DNA of 64,000 bases from Narcine bancroftii (taxonomy: Eukaryota): assembly GCF_036971445.1 (NCBI RefSeq), contig NC_091469.1:212722001-212786000 (forward strand), in the 5' to 3' direction. Below, in pieces: positions 36,712 through 50,790 of the stretch (within the stretch, counting starts at the first letter, position 1; every line of letters starts with the position of its first letter). Position numbers and translations under genes: made by a program. A model generated the notes under the pieces. That model was given only the letters and a program-made list of their open reading frames with translations, made no database searches and had not been told where the DNA came from.

Positions 36712-39700
36712 CGTTTCAGAATTCCATACCTGGTCCCACTCCATCTTCTTTCTCTTCTCTCCATTGCTCTTTTTCTCCTTCCCCTTGTTCTCCATCTCAG
36801 CCTGACTCTCTCTCCTCTGACATCACCCCTAAATTTTCCACCTCTCTCCTTAAAGAAATGTCCTCTGGGATTTGCTTTTGTTCCCCGGGAAAAGTGGTGC
36901 TGGTCTCCACACTTCTAAGCCCCACAAAATCTTAAATCCCTTTAATAAGGAACGTCAAATCAAAGAGAAAAGCTCTCGTTCTGTCAGTCTTGTTCCATGA
37001 GACATGTTCTCCAATCCAGGCAATATTCTGGTACAATTCTCTGCACCCTCTCCAAAGTATCTACTTCCTTCCTACAATGAGAGAATGTATTGGATCACAA
37101 TGTACTGACCTATTTGGAAGTCTGAGACAGAGCATATGAAAAAGAGAAAGAGCGTGAAAATAACGTCCAAAAATAACATGGGTACAAATTAAAGAGGAGT
37201 AAGACACTGTTTTAAAATGACTATCAGTCATCTTTGGACTTTGGTGAGGATGTTCCTCAAACAGATTAATCGACATGAGTGCTGGGCTCCCACATGGAGG
37301 AACCTCTGTATGTGGGAATCAATTCATGCCTAATATCAGGGACATTCAGGGTCCTGGGGATATAAATTTACTGGAGCAAATCTCAAATGATAATGTTTTT
37401 TGTCATACACGGAGGACAATGTCAACATGCATTGAAACACTTACTTGCTGCTGCCATCTAGGTACTTTTAAAGATAAACCTGAATATTACTCTCATCGAT
37501 TAAATTAGGAGAGATAACTACATAAGATGGATGTTCACAAAGATCCTCATGCAAAGAAAAGTGAGTCCAAATTGTACGGACAGTCCTTTTGGGGTGTTGG
37601 AACAGTCCTCAGTTCATGAAACAAGGGGAGGTTCAAGAGTCTGATAGTTGTTGGATAGAAACTGTTCTTGAATCTCTGATCTGCCTTCTCCAAAATTAAT
37701 TCAGAGTTCAAAGAGATTCCAATCCAGTTATATTTTATTGAAGGTGAACACAAATATCAAACAAGATACCATCACAAGCCTGTGAAAGGAACACGATGAT
37801 ACACATATAACCATAACCATATAACCATTTACGGAGCGGAAACAGGCCATGTTGGCCTTTCGAGTCCGCACCGGTTCACTCATTTTGTGCGCCCTCTTCA
37901 GGCATTGGTCCCGGTAGATCTTCATTCAATAACGATGGGCGAATTCAATGCAGGTGGAATCAGTCGTAGAAATGTTTGTGATGTTGGAGGACAAACTGTC
38001 AGGGACAAGCCATGGCTGTCAGGTTATCACTGTCTTGATGCCAGAAGGCAGATTTGAAGCTATTGCAACTCACAGACATCTTCAGTCTTTCATCTACACT
38101 CAGACAGAATGAATAGTGTCTTGGCAAAATGTCCATCTTGAAGTCCTTTCATCTTCAGGGCCTGTGGTCTCCCAAACCAGTCATGACCCTTAGTTTACAT
38201 GGAGATTCAGTGTTGTCGTCAGATGGAGCTCTGGATCAGTGGGAAAAACTCAATGTAAATCGTTGGTGGGAGCCCTCAACCCCGGCAGAACCAAAACTGC
38301 AGGCTGCCCTGCGTCTGAACCACAATTAATCAATCGATCGATCCTCAACAGTCAATCACCGTTGGTCTGAGCCCATTTCTTACCAGTTACCATTGTCCTA
38401 AAATGGTAAGAGGGCCTTGATATCTATGGTTCTCACAGCCGCTGGTTTCCATTCCTTCAGTCCCGTCCTGTTCGGTAAACACAAACCTGTTGGCTGGTGC
38501 AAAGAACGACCTCAGTAATGTATTCCAGATGCAAATCAGTGTACTTATTCTTTTTAGTAACAGGTCTGCACTGGGAGGGCCCCCTGCTTGAATTAAACCG
38601 GCCTGTACAACCCAAGAGGAAGTCGAACGAGAAGGACTGATCTTCACATTGTCACAGAGTTTCAGACATCTGTCAGCTATTAATAGCAATCAGTTAGAGA
38701 GCTTCAAGTGAGCCACAGGCTGTCACTGAGAGTTCATGAAGTTTTTTTTTATCCAAGGTTAATTCAAAACCTGAGGAACTTTGTAGCCCAAAAGCCATCT
38801 CTGCACTCCTTCCTCTCGGTGCCATGAATCCCTCCAAGCAGGGACTCTATCTCTTTGCTACTGCAATGCAGTGGATTGAACAGAGTGAGGTCCTTTTGTG
38901 TGTAAATGTGGAACAAGTGCTGACATAATTGTTGGCATCATTGAAATGTTTAGATACTCATGTTAAACCTGCATGCAATCTTCACAAAGAGAAGATTCAA
39001 GGTGAATGCATATTTCCACTTTCAAGATGATAACATTGTGGAGGAAAAGGACATTTCATTCTGCAGGGGTACGGAGACAAGTGTCAGTGATCTCTCATGA
39101 TCTCATTGAGATGATGATTTATATAGAGAGTAGGGAAAATGTGGAACTCTCCCAAAGGGGTAAAAGAGCGAGGAAGGAATAGACGGAGATGTTGACACAG
39201 TCGGACAGTGTTGAGGTGGCTGAAGGCTCGTGTGGAAACTAAACCCTGGTGTGGAAAAGCTGATCTGAATCTTCCCCTTTGTGGTGCGTTCAGTGTGAAT
39301 CAGTGCAATCTCAGAGTCACGTGGAAGCAATAGCAGGAAATAAATCTCCCACCAGAATGTTGTCGCATCCTCCAGGACAGGAATAACACAGGTTTAAGAC
39401 AGAGTGAGGTTCCTTTCACTGATCCCAACCATTTCACCCAGGGACAGGAGGTGGTGAACACGTAAACGTGACATTGACACAGAGTGGGTGACGTGAAAAA
39501 CATTACTGCATTTATTGGGAAGGTTGATAAGCATGATGCAGAAAGGTGCAGGTAATATAATCATGGCTTTTTTTAGCAGAAACTCGTGGTACAATAATGA
39601 AAGACAATAGATGTATATACAGTTATATCCAAGAGGAATGTCCTCAACAGCAGAGATAATGCACAGCCAATGTTAGTATACCAAGGCTCACCAGAGGGGA

Positions 39701-42700
39701 GACAGGAACCTTAGCAGACATACACCACACTCAAGAAAGCAGCTTCTATCATCAAGGACTCTCACCAGCCAGGCCTTGCCCTTTTCTCACTGCTACCATC
39801 AGGGAGGAGGAACAGGACTCCATGCATTCGACTTTATCAAAACAGATTCTTCCCCTCCGCCATCATATTTCTAAATGGACAATGAACCGTAGACACGGCC
39901 TCACCTTTTGCTCCTTGTTCTCCACAACACCTCCGAATTCTGTGATCGGCATTTGTGACCATAAACCTGATTCTGGCTCTGAGATGGAGGACATGAATGT
40001 CAGGGTGAAGGGACAGAGAGCCTCCTTCACCTCTGTCTGCTCATCTGTGTGCAAGGGACTGAGTTACACTGCAGGGATTGTGGGCCCGGAGGGTGCAGCG
40101 GTGCTGTGGAATGAAGTTACTCCCAAGTGCAGCTCATAAATCAAAAGTGATTTTGGGGATGAGAGGGTATTGGATTGTGAGATGGAGGTTCTACATCACT
40201 GGCACCTTCATTCTGGGATACTTGCTCCTGTTATTGGCATCAGTTTTTCAGTGAACCAGGTCTCCAACTCACGGTCATTTCCTTCTTATTTCTGGCTCAG
40301 CCAATCACAGAATGACTCACAGTTAACAAGCAGAAGAATTGTTGACAGAGAAGAAAATGATGATTCGGTGAAAAATTGTTCCGCTGATGACCCCTCTCAG
40401 GATGGGTTTGAAAATTAAGGTCAGGTTCAAATAGTTGTGTGGACCCCATTTCTGCGCCCACTTCCAATCCTCACACCTCCCACTTGGCACAGTCACTATC
40501 ACTGCCAGCTTCACGCAGTGAGAGGAGAGAGGAGGTCTAGAACAGCCTGTGGCCTGTTGAAGGCAGTGCAGGGTGCTGATTGGTCCATTTGGTTGATGCA
40601 GGTGCAATCTTAAATTTTTTAATCTATTTTTAAAAAATTTAGATATACAGCATGGTAACAGGCCCTTTCGGCCCACGAGTCCATCCTGCCCAATTCTAAC
40701 CAATTAATTTACAGCAGTGGGACGAATCCGGAGACCCTGGGGTAAACCTAAGCAGACACGGGGAGAACGTACAAATCCTTACAGGCACGAGGGATTCGAA
40801 CTCTGGTCCTGATCGCTGGTGCTGTAACAATGTTGCACTAACCGCTACGCTAACCGTACCACCCTCATCGGTCTGCCTTTATCTGGTATGGTCATTGTAT
40901 GAACTGGGAATCACATCCAACAAACATGTTAATGACGATTCACTGACAGCCAAAAGATGGACAGGTTCCCCTGCCCAGAAATGTCCCGGTTGACCCAGGG
41001 ATCTGATCTTCTTCACCAGGCAACACTTAACAAGCCTCAGAATGACCTGGCTTCACCAACTCATCCAGAGGTAACCATGTATGAGTGCCAATGTGGTCTT
41101 GACCTTTCAACCATTTTCCGACTCCTGAGATGATGACTGCATCCGTGAATCTTTTCATTCCAATGTCACTGCTTCCCACATGACCCATGACTTTTCACTG
41201 TCTCCTCTTCCCCTCAACATATTCTGCATCCTGCTGGTAAAGCCCTTTTACCTAGGCAAGCAGCCCACTGTGCCAGGCCTGTGTGGCTGGTGAAAGAAAT
41301 GCCCTTCAGTTCAACGCCTGGCTGTTGAATCCCCGATAATCGAACATTGGTGCTCAGGGGGACAGGCTCTTCAGGGCTTCGATGTCTCTACTGAACATGA
41401 TGGCCAAATTAAACAAAATCGCTGCTGCTGGCATGTGATGCATTTCCCTCAAGATAAGAGAAGAAGAGACCTTTACAGCACCAGAGATTGGGACCCTGCA
41501 CTGTCTGTAAGGAGTTTGTACGCTATCCCAGTGTCTGTGTGGGTCCCCGAGGGCTCCCGTTTCCTCCCACCCTTCAAAACCTTCTGGGGTGCAACGGATT
41601 TGAGGGCCAAAATGGCCTGTCACCGTGCTGTATGTCTAAGAAAAACAGAAACAATGAGTGATTTGCCCTGTCACTGATCAGAGGATGTGCAGTAAATTGA
41701 ACAGATCAGGTTTTTGGTCAAAGGAGCTGAGATGAGGCTGTTTGAGGTGTTATTAGTCATTGCAGCTCCTACATCCACCCACGCCACCCCCCCCCCACCT
41801 CTCTCTCTCCTCTCCCTCTCTCTCTCCACCCCATATTCCTTCTATCAGTGTCTCCTCCTCATAATCTCTTCCTTTCCCTCTCTTACCTTTCCTGCCTTTC
41901 CTCCAGACCCCATCCTCTTCCTCATTCTTTCTTTCTCCCCTCTTCCCATCTCTTGGGATCCATCCACGGTTCACACATTTCCACACTCCTCCCTTTGTCA
42001 CCCCCTCCCCTTCTCTTCCTCCCCTTTCCATTTTCTGCCACATCACATCTCTTGCCTCCTTCCGGCTCCTCCCACTCTCTCTTTATTTCCCTTTATATTT
42101 TTCCCCACCTCCCACCACCAAATTCACCCCCAGGACGGAGCTTCTGTTTCCCAATTGACAGTATTAGACCCCATCCTGTTACCTGTAGGTAGGATTGTAA
42201 GACTCAAAGAACCTCTCCTTGCACTCCACGTCTCCGTTCGGAATGGGAGATGAAGGCAGAGGATATTAGAGATGGGAGAGCCAGCTGTGTGGCTTTTATC
42301 TAACAGCCATTGGGCTGGAAGTTCTGAATGAAACTGGTCATGATACAGGTATCGGATAAGTCAAGCCAGCTTTGCCTGAAAGATTTCAGCTATAATGAGA
42401 AGGGAGATACCCTCAGGGTCAGTCGTCTCTCAAATGACTGACATAGATTCATTCAGGCAATGACAAATCCCACTGGACAAAAGAGGAAAGGGGGAAGGGG
42501 GCTGTATGCTGTGAGATCACCTGACGCTCTGTGCCTTGATTGATCATAAGGATGTATTTAAACCAAATCTGCAATGTTCATACAATGATCTAATCAGTCA
42601 AGGGGGGGACACGGATACAGAGGAACATGCTGCATAGAGTGGAGCTCTGGTTAGACCAACTCTGGAGCAGTGCGTGTGACTCCAGGAGCCACCATTCAGG

Positions 42701-43699
42701 AAGGGCCAGCAGAGTGGCAGTGAGACTGAAGGTATGAGAAGATCTGGTCTTGTCTCATGTTCCCTGAAGTGTGGGAAAAAATGAAGCCTGCTGGAATTGG
42801 GGGTTTAAATTCATGAAAGGGAGCACTGGGGGAGACAGAGACTCCGCTGCTCCCTCCTATGCCTTCCAGAATAAGGGCAAAAACTACTTCAATTGGATCC
42901 AGACTATTGAGAGCACAAGTAATCTGGAACCCTTCCTGGAAAACTGTCAAGGATGGGGGTCAGTGACAGACTTTCCTCGGATTTTGGTTCCCAAGGAGGG
43001 TAAATGGAGTTCAGATACATGTCAGCAATGAATGGGAGGCCAGGGAAGCCTGAGCCCCCTCCTGCTGATACTCTCTGCATGGGACAAATTTCAGCAGAGA
43101 CTTTGTGTGCAGTTGTTGATTGACCAGAGTCATGCCTGACATTCTCATTGTTGGCAGGTGTGTGAAACTGGGCACTGATCTGGGGACTATTTCCTTCACC
43201 CAGACTTCCTGTGGAAGATGTCAGCTGTACTTAATGTGAGCAGGGGACCTCCCAGAGGGAACAGACTTACTAAAAAGAAAAAGCATGCTGCCTGATGTAT
43301 GGAAATGTGTTTCTCATTTAGTGTCAACACCAACAAGCATTTCTCACCTTACTGAACAGATAGCTGGCCAGTGTGTTTGGAATGGTGAAGTCAGGTAAGG
43401 GTGCAAGTGTTGCACAGTGTCTGTCCTTAATGGAGAGAAACATCACCTCGAGCCAAACTGAAATACTGGATTCACTTGAGAAAAAAACAGAACTTGGCTC
43501 AGATTAATGTGGCTGCTTAGTTATGCTGCAACCAGGAAGTTGGGGATATGACATGATCCCATTGAAATGGAGAATTCATGCATAGTGTTCCAGAGCAGAT
43601 ACATCACTGATAACTGCACTATCACATGAACAATTATCCAGGAGTCCCCAGTTCTTGGACATTCTATTGAGTTAATCCATGATGTCTTTCGACTCAATC

Positions 43700-46600
43700 C
43701 TCAGCAAAGTGATGGGCATGTTTTGCTGTGATGTCAAGTGCCACTTATTCTCAATTCACCTCGTCACCAATGACCAGTGTAGGTGTTACCAGGGCCACTT
43801 GTAGATGAGAGCTGAATTCCAGAGATAAGCCAGAGAATGATGAGCTTCCCGCCACTTGTGGGTAAGTGGCTGGAGGGGATGCTGAGAGACATGGTCTACC
43901 TGAATTTTGGGATGGCAGTCAATGACTAAAGATACCATGGCTTCTTGTGTGGGAATTTGCATCTCGTGACCTTGATTGACATTTTGAAGGTAACCAGGAA
44001 GATTGCATGTGGCAGGGCAACAGAAGTTGGCCATGTAGAATTTATTAGCAAGGCCTTTGACAAGGTCCAACATGGTAGGCTGACCTGCAAGGGGAATTTG
44101 ATTAGAATCACGGGTGAGCTTCCCAATTGGGTACAGATTTGAGTTGATGATAAGAGACAGAGGAAGGTTGTGGAGAGATTTAGAACATTGATCATTACAG
44201 CACCATATAGGCCCTTTGGCCCCCGATGTTATGCCAACCTGTATAAACCAACTCAACAAGCTAAACCTTCCTTGTCAAACACCCTAAACCCACTATTTGT
44301 TTGTATCCATGGGCATGTCCAAGAGCCTTTTAAATGTCACCATTGTACCAGCCTCCGCCACCACCGCTGGCAATGAATTCCAGGCACCCACTACTCTGTG
44401 TAAAAACTTACCCCTGTCATCACCCTTAAACTTTCCTCCCCTCACCTTATATCGATGTCCTCTGATATTTGCTTCTGTTGTCCTGGCAGTCCATCCTATC
44501 GATGCCACTCATAATCTTATCAAACTCTATTCAGTCACCTTTCATCCTTCTTTGTTCCAACACAAGAAGCCCAAGATCTTTTAACCTTGCCTCATAAAAC
44601 ATGTTCTCCAATCAGGCAACATCCTATACGCTCTGCACCCTCTCTGAAACTTCCACATCCTTCTTATAGTGAGATGACCACAACTGAACACCATATTCAA
44701 AGTGTGATCAAAACAAAGTCTTATAGAGCTGCAATATTACCTCCAGACTCTTGAATTCAATCCCCTTCCCAATAAAGGCCAGCATACCATAAGCCAGTGG
44801 TTCTCAACTCTTTTCTTTCCACTTACATACCACTTTAAGTTTTCCCTATGCCGTCAGTGCTTTGTGATTAGTAAGGGATTTGCTCGTTGTTTATCTCACT
44901 ACTATTGCCGTTACATTCAGTGATATACAGCAATTACGATTTAACAGTAACATGAGTACAAAAATCATTGCTAAGGATTCTGTAGGGACTAGTACGGGAG
45001 GAGGGGCGACACCGTGAGTTACAGCACTGGGTGAGACCAACCCTAGTGACGCCACTGACCATGCTACCTTTTCCCTGTCCCAATGGGACAAACATGTCCA
45101 AATCGCCGTGCAAGTGGTCACTAAACATTCTCCACATTTACATCTGAGAGCATCTGTTCCTAATTTCCCCTCCCCAGTTCCTGCCTAATTTCATCTCAAT
45201 TCGCCCTTCCCCAATTAAATCCTTGATCACTTTGTCTACTCCCATCCTTTGCTGTGCTAAAGTTCAGGGCATTGTGGTCAATGTCATCGAAATGCTCCCC
45301 CACATTGAGCTCTATCAACTGATTCGGTTTATTACCTGGTACCAGATCCAGAATGGCCTCTCCCCTATTCGGCTTGTTCACATATTGTGGCAGGAATCCT
45401 CCTTGGACACCCCTGGCAAATTCTGTCCCATCTAGTCCTCTTGCAGTCAGGAGGCCACAGGCAATGTGAGAGAAGTTGAAGTCTCCCAGAGCAACAAGCA
45501 GTTATTTTTGCACAATTCCACACTGCTCCTCAACGTCCCAAGGGCTACTGCATAAATGCGTGTAATCATCGAAATTTGTGGACCAAATTTTAGGGTAAAA
45601 TTTAGGGAGTCGACTATTACACACATAATACTTTCAACCATGCGTGGAGCTCAGATGGGGAGGTGGGCAGGGCTGAGGTGTTGTCCATGGTTAGGTTGTC
45701 TGGAGCTTGGATGGGCAAATGGGTGGGGCGGTGGTGTTGTCCATGGTCAGGGTATCTAGAGTTCAGATGGGCGGGGCTGAGGTGTGTGAGGTTGGGCCGT
45801 CTGGAGCTCGGATGGGGAGTTGAGCGGGGCTGTGGTGTTGTCCATGGTAATGGTATCTAGAGTTCAGCTGGGCAGTTCAGAGGTGTTGTGTGTGGTTGGG
45901 GCGTCTGGAGCTCGGATGGGGAGGTGGGTGGGGCTGAGGTGTTGTCCATGGTCAGGGTATCTAGAGTTCAGGTGGGCAAGGCTGAGGTGTTGTGTGTGGT
46001 TTGGGCGTCTGGAGCTCAGATGGGAAGGTGGGCGGGGCTGAGGTGTGTTCTATGGTCAGGGTATCTAGAGCTCGGATGGGCAGGTGGGCAGGGCTGAGAT
46101 GTTGTGTGTGGTTTGGGCATTTGGTGCTTGGATGGAGAGGTGAGCAGTTCTGAGATGTTGTGCGTGGTCGAGGCGTCTGGAGCTCTGATGGGTGGGCGGG
46201 CAGGGCCGAGATGTCGTCCGTGGTCGGGGCGTCTGGAGCTCGGATGAGCAGGTGGACAAGGCTGTGGTGTTGCCTGTGCTCAGAGCATCTGGAGTTCGGA
46301 TGGGCAGGTGGCAGGGCTGAGGTGTTGTCTGTGGTTGGGGTATCTAGAGCTTGGATGGGAGGATAGGTGGGGCCAGAGAAAGGATGGGCGTTGAATTTTA
46401 CACACGATATATAGAAAATATCAGATTTTTGGGGTAAAAACTGGTGGGTCGACTTCTACATGGTTTTGACTATTACATGTGTACATACTATATTCGGGGC
46501 CTATAAACTACTCCCAACAGTGATCGCTCCCTTCCTGCTTCTGATTTTCATTCCCCCTGAGTCAATCGACAATCCCTTTCTGCAGGGTGATACTATCCCT

Positions 46601-46980
46601 TATTAGTAATCCTACTTCCCCCCTCATCATTTATTCCCCCTCCCCCCTCCCCATCCTATCCCTTTTGAAACATCTAAACCCAGGTACCTGCATCAGCTAA
46701 TCCTGACTTTGTGTCAGGCAAGTCTCTGTAACAGCCAGAATTTTGTAAGTCCACAAAGTGATCCGTGCTCTGTTCATCACCTTTGTTCCCAATACTTCTA
46801 GCATTGAAAGAAACACATTTAAAGCCCTCCAACTGACCACATTTTTGGTCCCTCCACTGTCTCTCTTTCCTCACCATCTCATTCCACATAGCATCAACCT
46901 TTCCACAATTTGCTCTATTCTCCACCCTATCGTTCTGATTCCCACCCACCCTGCCAAACTACTTTAAACCCTCCTGAGAT
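43700..46980. mobile_element. Nested CR1 LINE fragments (both strands) with MITE insertions
   Basis: FISKAFDKVQHGRL (+); RGHRYKVRGGKFK and RGEAILDLV…DHN (-); FKCVSFNARSIGNK (-). Confidence 0.7.
45548..46490. mobile_element. Tc1/pogo-like MITE carrying a G-rich minisatellite (45645-46365, alternating ~48/56-bp units)
   Basis: TA at both flanks, degenerate TIRs (…tgtaat..tc.aaa), subterminal gtcgactattac repeats; interrupts a CR1. Confidence 0.55.
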
Positions 46981-49215
46981 TAACTGGGAAAGTGGACCAA
47001 AGAATGACAGTGGGAATTTAACACAGATGAGTGGAAAGTTTTGCCCTTTGCTAGTTTCAACCATGGCAGGGTTGCACTGTGAGCAGTGAGTGCTGGGGAG
47101 TTCTGGGGGTGGAGGGACATGATTCCCTGAAAGCGGCAACTCAGGTGGACAGCAGGGTAAAGAAGGCAATTCACATGTTTGCCTTCATCGATTCGTGGAC
47201 AGACTACAGGAATAGGGGAATTACACTGCGACTACACAGGACATTTATGAGTCTGTTGAGCGAAGGTAGAGGGTTGTGTACAATATTGGTCAACTAACTT
47301 TTGGAAAAATATCATTAAGCTGGAAAGGGAGCAGAGAAAATACACAAGAATGTAAGTGAGACTAGCTGTCTTGAACAATAAGGAGAGTGTGGAAAGGCTG
47401 GGATATTTATTTCCATGGAGTCTAGGAGGCAAACAGTAGGCCTCATAGTGGCATTTCAAATCAGAGATAATGTAAATAGTTAAGAGTCTTCACAGATTCA
47501 GTGAATTTAAACCTATATTGCATTATTTTAATGTGAGAGGACAGATTAAGAAGAGCCTTGAAAAGCATCTTCTTCAATCTGAAGGTGGCTGGTATATTGA
47601 ACAAGGTAGCAGAGGAAGTGCTTGAAGCGGAAACAAGATGTGCTTTGGAAAGACATTTTGACAGGTGCATGGGCTGGAATGGTGGAGAGGGATATGGACC
47701 GAATGCAAGTAAATGGGCCGAGCTTGGTCAGCATGGACACATTGGGCCAAGGGAATGTTTTGTGTGGTGTATGGCTGTGCGAGTTGTGACTTATTGCCTT
47801 GGCAACAAATGGGCATAAGAGCTGTGGTAAAGCTGAAATCAATGGGCAAGACAGGTAAGACAGTACAGAACTGGAGATAAACAAGATGCCCTCCATACCC
47901 CTCCTATCCATTTACCTGTCCAAATTCCCCTTAAATGTTTGAATTGAACCTGTATTCACCACTTCAGTTGGCAGCTCGTTCCACACTCCCACCACTCTCT
48001 GTGAAGAAGTTCTACCTCATGTTCCTCCTAAACTTCTCCCCTTTCACCCTTCATCCATATCCTTTTGTTTGTATATAACCTATTCTCAGTGGAAAAAGCC
48101 AACTTACATTAACTGTACCCCTCATAATTTTAAATACCCCTATCAAATCTCCCCTCATTCATCTGTGCTTCAAGGAATAAAGTCCTAACCTGTTTAACCT
48201 TTCCCTGTAATTCAGTTCCTGAAGTCCGAGCAACATCCTGGTAAATCTTATCTGCAAGCTTTCTACCTTATCGATATGTTTCCTGTAATTAGGTGTCCAA
48301 AAATGCACATAATACTCCAAATTTGGCCTCACCAATGTCTTATACAAGTTGCCCATAAATTCCCAACTCCTAAGCTCCATACTTGAGTTATGCCAAAACC
48401 ACTCTTGGCAGCCCATCCACCTGTGACACTACCTTCAGGGAATTATGTATCTGTATTCCCAGATCCCTATGCTCTAATGCATTGCTCAGTGCCCTACCAT
48501 TTACCGTGTATGTCCTTTCACAGTCCGTCCCTCGAAAATCCATTGGGGTGGCATGGTTAGCATAGAGATGGCACAGTTAGTACAGTGGATAGGATGCAGC
48601 ACAGTTAATGTCACGGTTAGCACAACACTGTTATAGTGCCCGGAATCAGAACCGGTACTCGAATTCCATGCTGTCTGTGAGGAGATTTTATGTTCTCCCC
48701 GTGTCTACATGGGTTTTCCCCACCTTTCAAATAATACCAGGGTTGTAGGTCCATTGGGGCAGTACCTGCTTGTGGGCCAAAAGGGCCTGTTGCAATGCTG
48801 TCTGTCTAAATTATATTAAATTAAAATGCAGCATCTCACACTTTTCTGCATTAAATTCCATCTGTCAGTTTTCAGCCCATTTTTTCCCACTGGTCTAGAT
48901 CTCTCTGCAAATAATAAAAGCCTTCCTCGCTGCCCACAACATCTCCAATCTTAGTGTGATCAGCAAACGTGCTGACCCAATTTACCACAGTACCAACCAG
49001 CTTACTGATATAGATGACAAACAATTTTGGCCTCGGTACTGATCCCTGAAGGCACACCATTAGTCACAGGCCTCCAGTCTGAGAAGCAATCATTCACTTC
49101 CACTCTCTGGCTTCTCCCTCATAGCCAATGTCGAATCCTGTTCACTACCTCACCATGAATACTGAGCGTCTGACCTTCCTGACTAACCTCCCATGCGGCA
49201 CTTTGTCAAAGACCT

Positions 49216-49889
49216 TGTGAGAGATGGGAAAATTGACCTAAAATTATGAACATGGAAGAAACTAAAGTTCATCAGTAAAATGGCTGAAACCAGTTCAAAC
49301 AGGATAAGTTTGGGGCTTAGGATGCAGGAAAGCAGAGTCAGCACGATTAACATAAGAATCTTCTATCCTTTGTGACAAGACCATAGGACTAAGATAAGGA
49401 ATGGTAAGGTACAATAGAATGTAGGAAGTTGAGGTAGTCTGGATCAGATAAGGGTCTCCTAGCCCTGGACAGAAGTACCAAGTCATACATTTCTAATTAG
49501 CTAACCATACACAGATTTATACATATGAAATTAGCCAACCCTAGATAGAATGAGTCAACTCTGCATATCAAGAGACTGTAGCCCAGAGAATCAGGAAGGT
49601 GTGAATAAGGACAATGACATGATGGGACACCCACAGGATACCCCCTGGTCCTCCAAGTGTACTGAAACTGCACGTAGGCAGGAAGAATTACCTATGCCAA
49701 ACCCATCCAGGGGGCAGAAGAATGTAAGGGGGAGGGCATTCTGATACTGAAATTGACTGTATAAAAGTTGGGTGAGCCCCAGTGTGTGTGTGTATTCCCA
49801 GGGTAAGGGGAAGCACCCAACTTTGCATTGTTGTAGTAATAAATGTTCTTTGTTCTCAATTTTTGTCTCGAGCAATTTCTTTAAAGGTA
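49216..49889 (+). repeat. ERV-B 5' LTR (last 15 bp missing)
   Basis: Identical by eye to 51949-52622; TATAAAA at 49760; AATAAA at 49838. Confidence 0.92.
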
Positions 49890-49890
49890 G

Positions 49891-50175
49891 TTATTGTTGT
49901 ATTTTATTGCAGTTTTCAATGAGCTTGACATTTATTGTGGTTTTATTCAGTTCTTATTGTATTTTATTGCAGTTTTCAATGAGCTTTACATTTATTGTGT
50001 TTTATTCAGTTCTTATTGTATTTTATTGCAGTTTTCAATGAGCTTTACATTTATTGTGTTTTATTCAGTTCTTATTGTATTTCATTGCAGTTTTCAATGA
50101 GCTTTACATTTATTGTGCTTTATTCAGTTCTTATTGTATTTTAATGCTGTTTTTAATGAGCTTTACATGTATTGT
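49891..50175. repeat. 59-bp AT-rich tandem repeat (~4.7 units)
   Basis: ttattgtattttattgcagttttcaatgagctttacat… recurs at 49954, 50013, 50072 and 50131. Confidence 0.9.
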
Positions 50176-50790
50176 TCATTGTTGTTTACTAATTTCTTTG
50201 GAATATTGTTCGTTAATGTTTTAAGTCCCCCTGGAATAGGGGCAGCAGAGGTTACAATTGTGCTCCTTTAGAATGTAGACAGGGCATAGATTTAATGTAT
50301 AGTCATAGTGGGATATGGGTTAACAAGGGATTCCAATACGGACCAGGGGAACTGAACAGCTTTAGTGGAGTACATCTAATTTGTATCTTAGCCTACACAG
50401 GTATTAAAGACAGGAGTTTTGAAGCGATAGCACAAAGGACATGGTGGGACAAAGACAGACAGAATGGTAGTCAGGATTGTACATGTAACAGAGAGAGAGA
50501 GTTAATACATATGCTAATGTACACAGACAGGCTGCAACTCACAAGTTCAATGATACATATGCTAATGTTAGCAGACAAGCTGCAACACACAGTTAAATCA
50601 CAAGAAACAATCCCCCCCCAGCTTGGTCTCTTTTCATCACCCCGTGAAGGGGAGCACCAGTTTCCAACAACGTGAGCTGCTTGACACTTTAATATCAGGC
50701 TCCAGACAGCCTTCGGAGATCGGTGGCCCTAGGGTTCGGGGCTGAAGAGGACATCAGATACTAGCCACAATCAAACGGAACCGCCTGACT

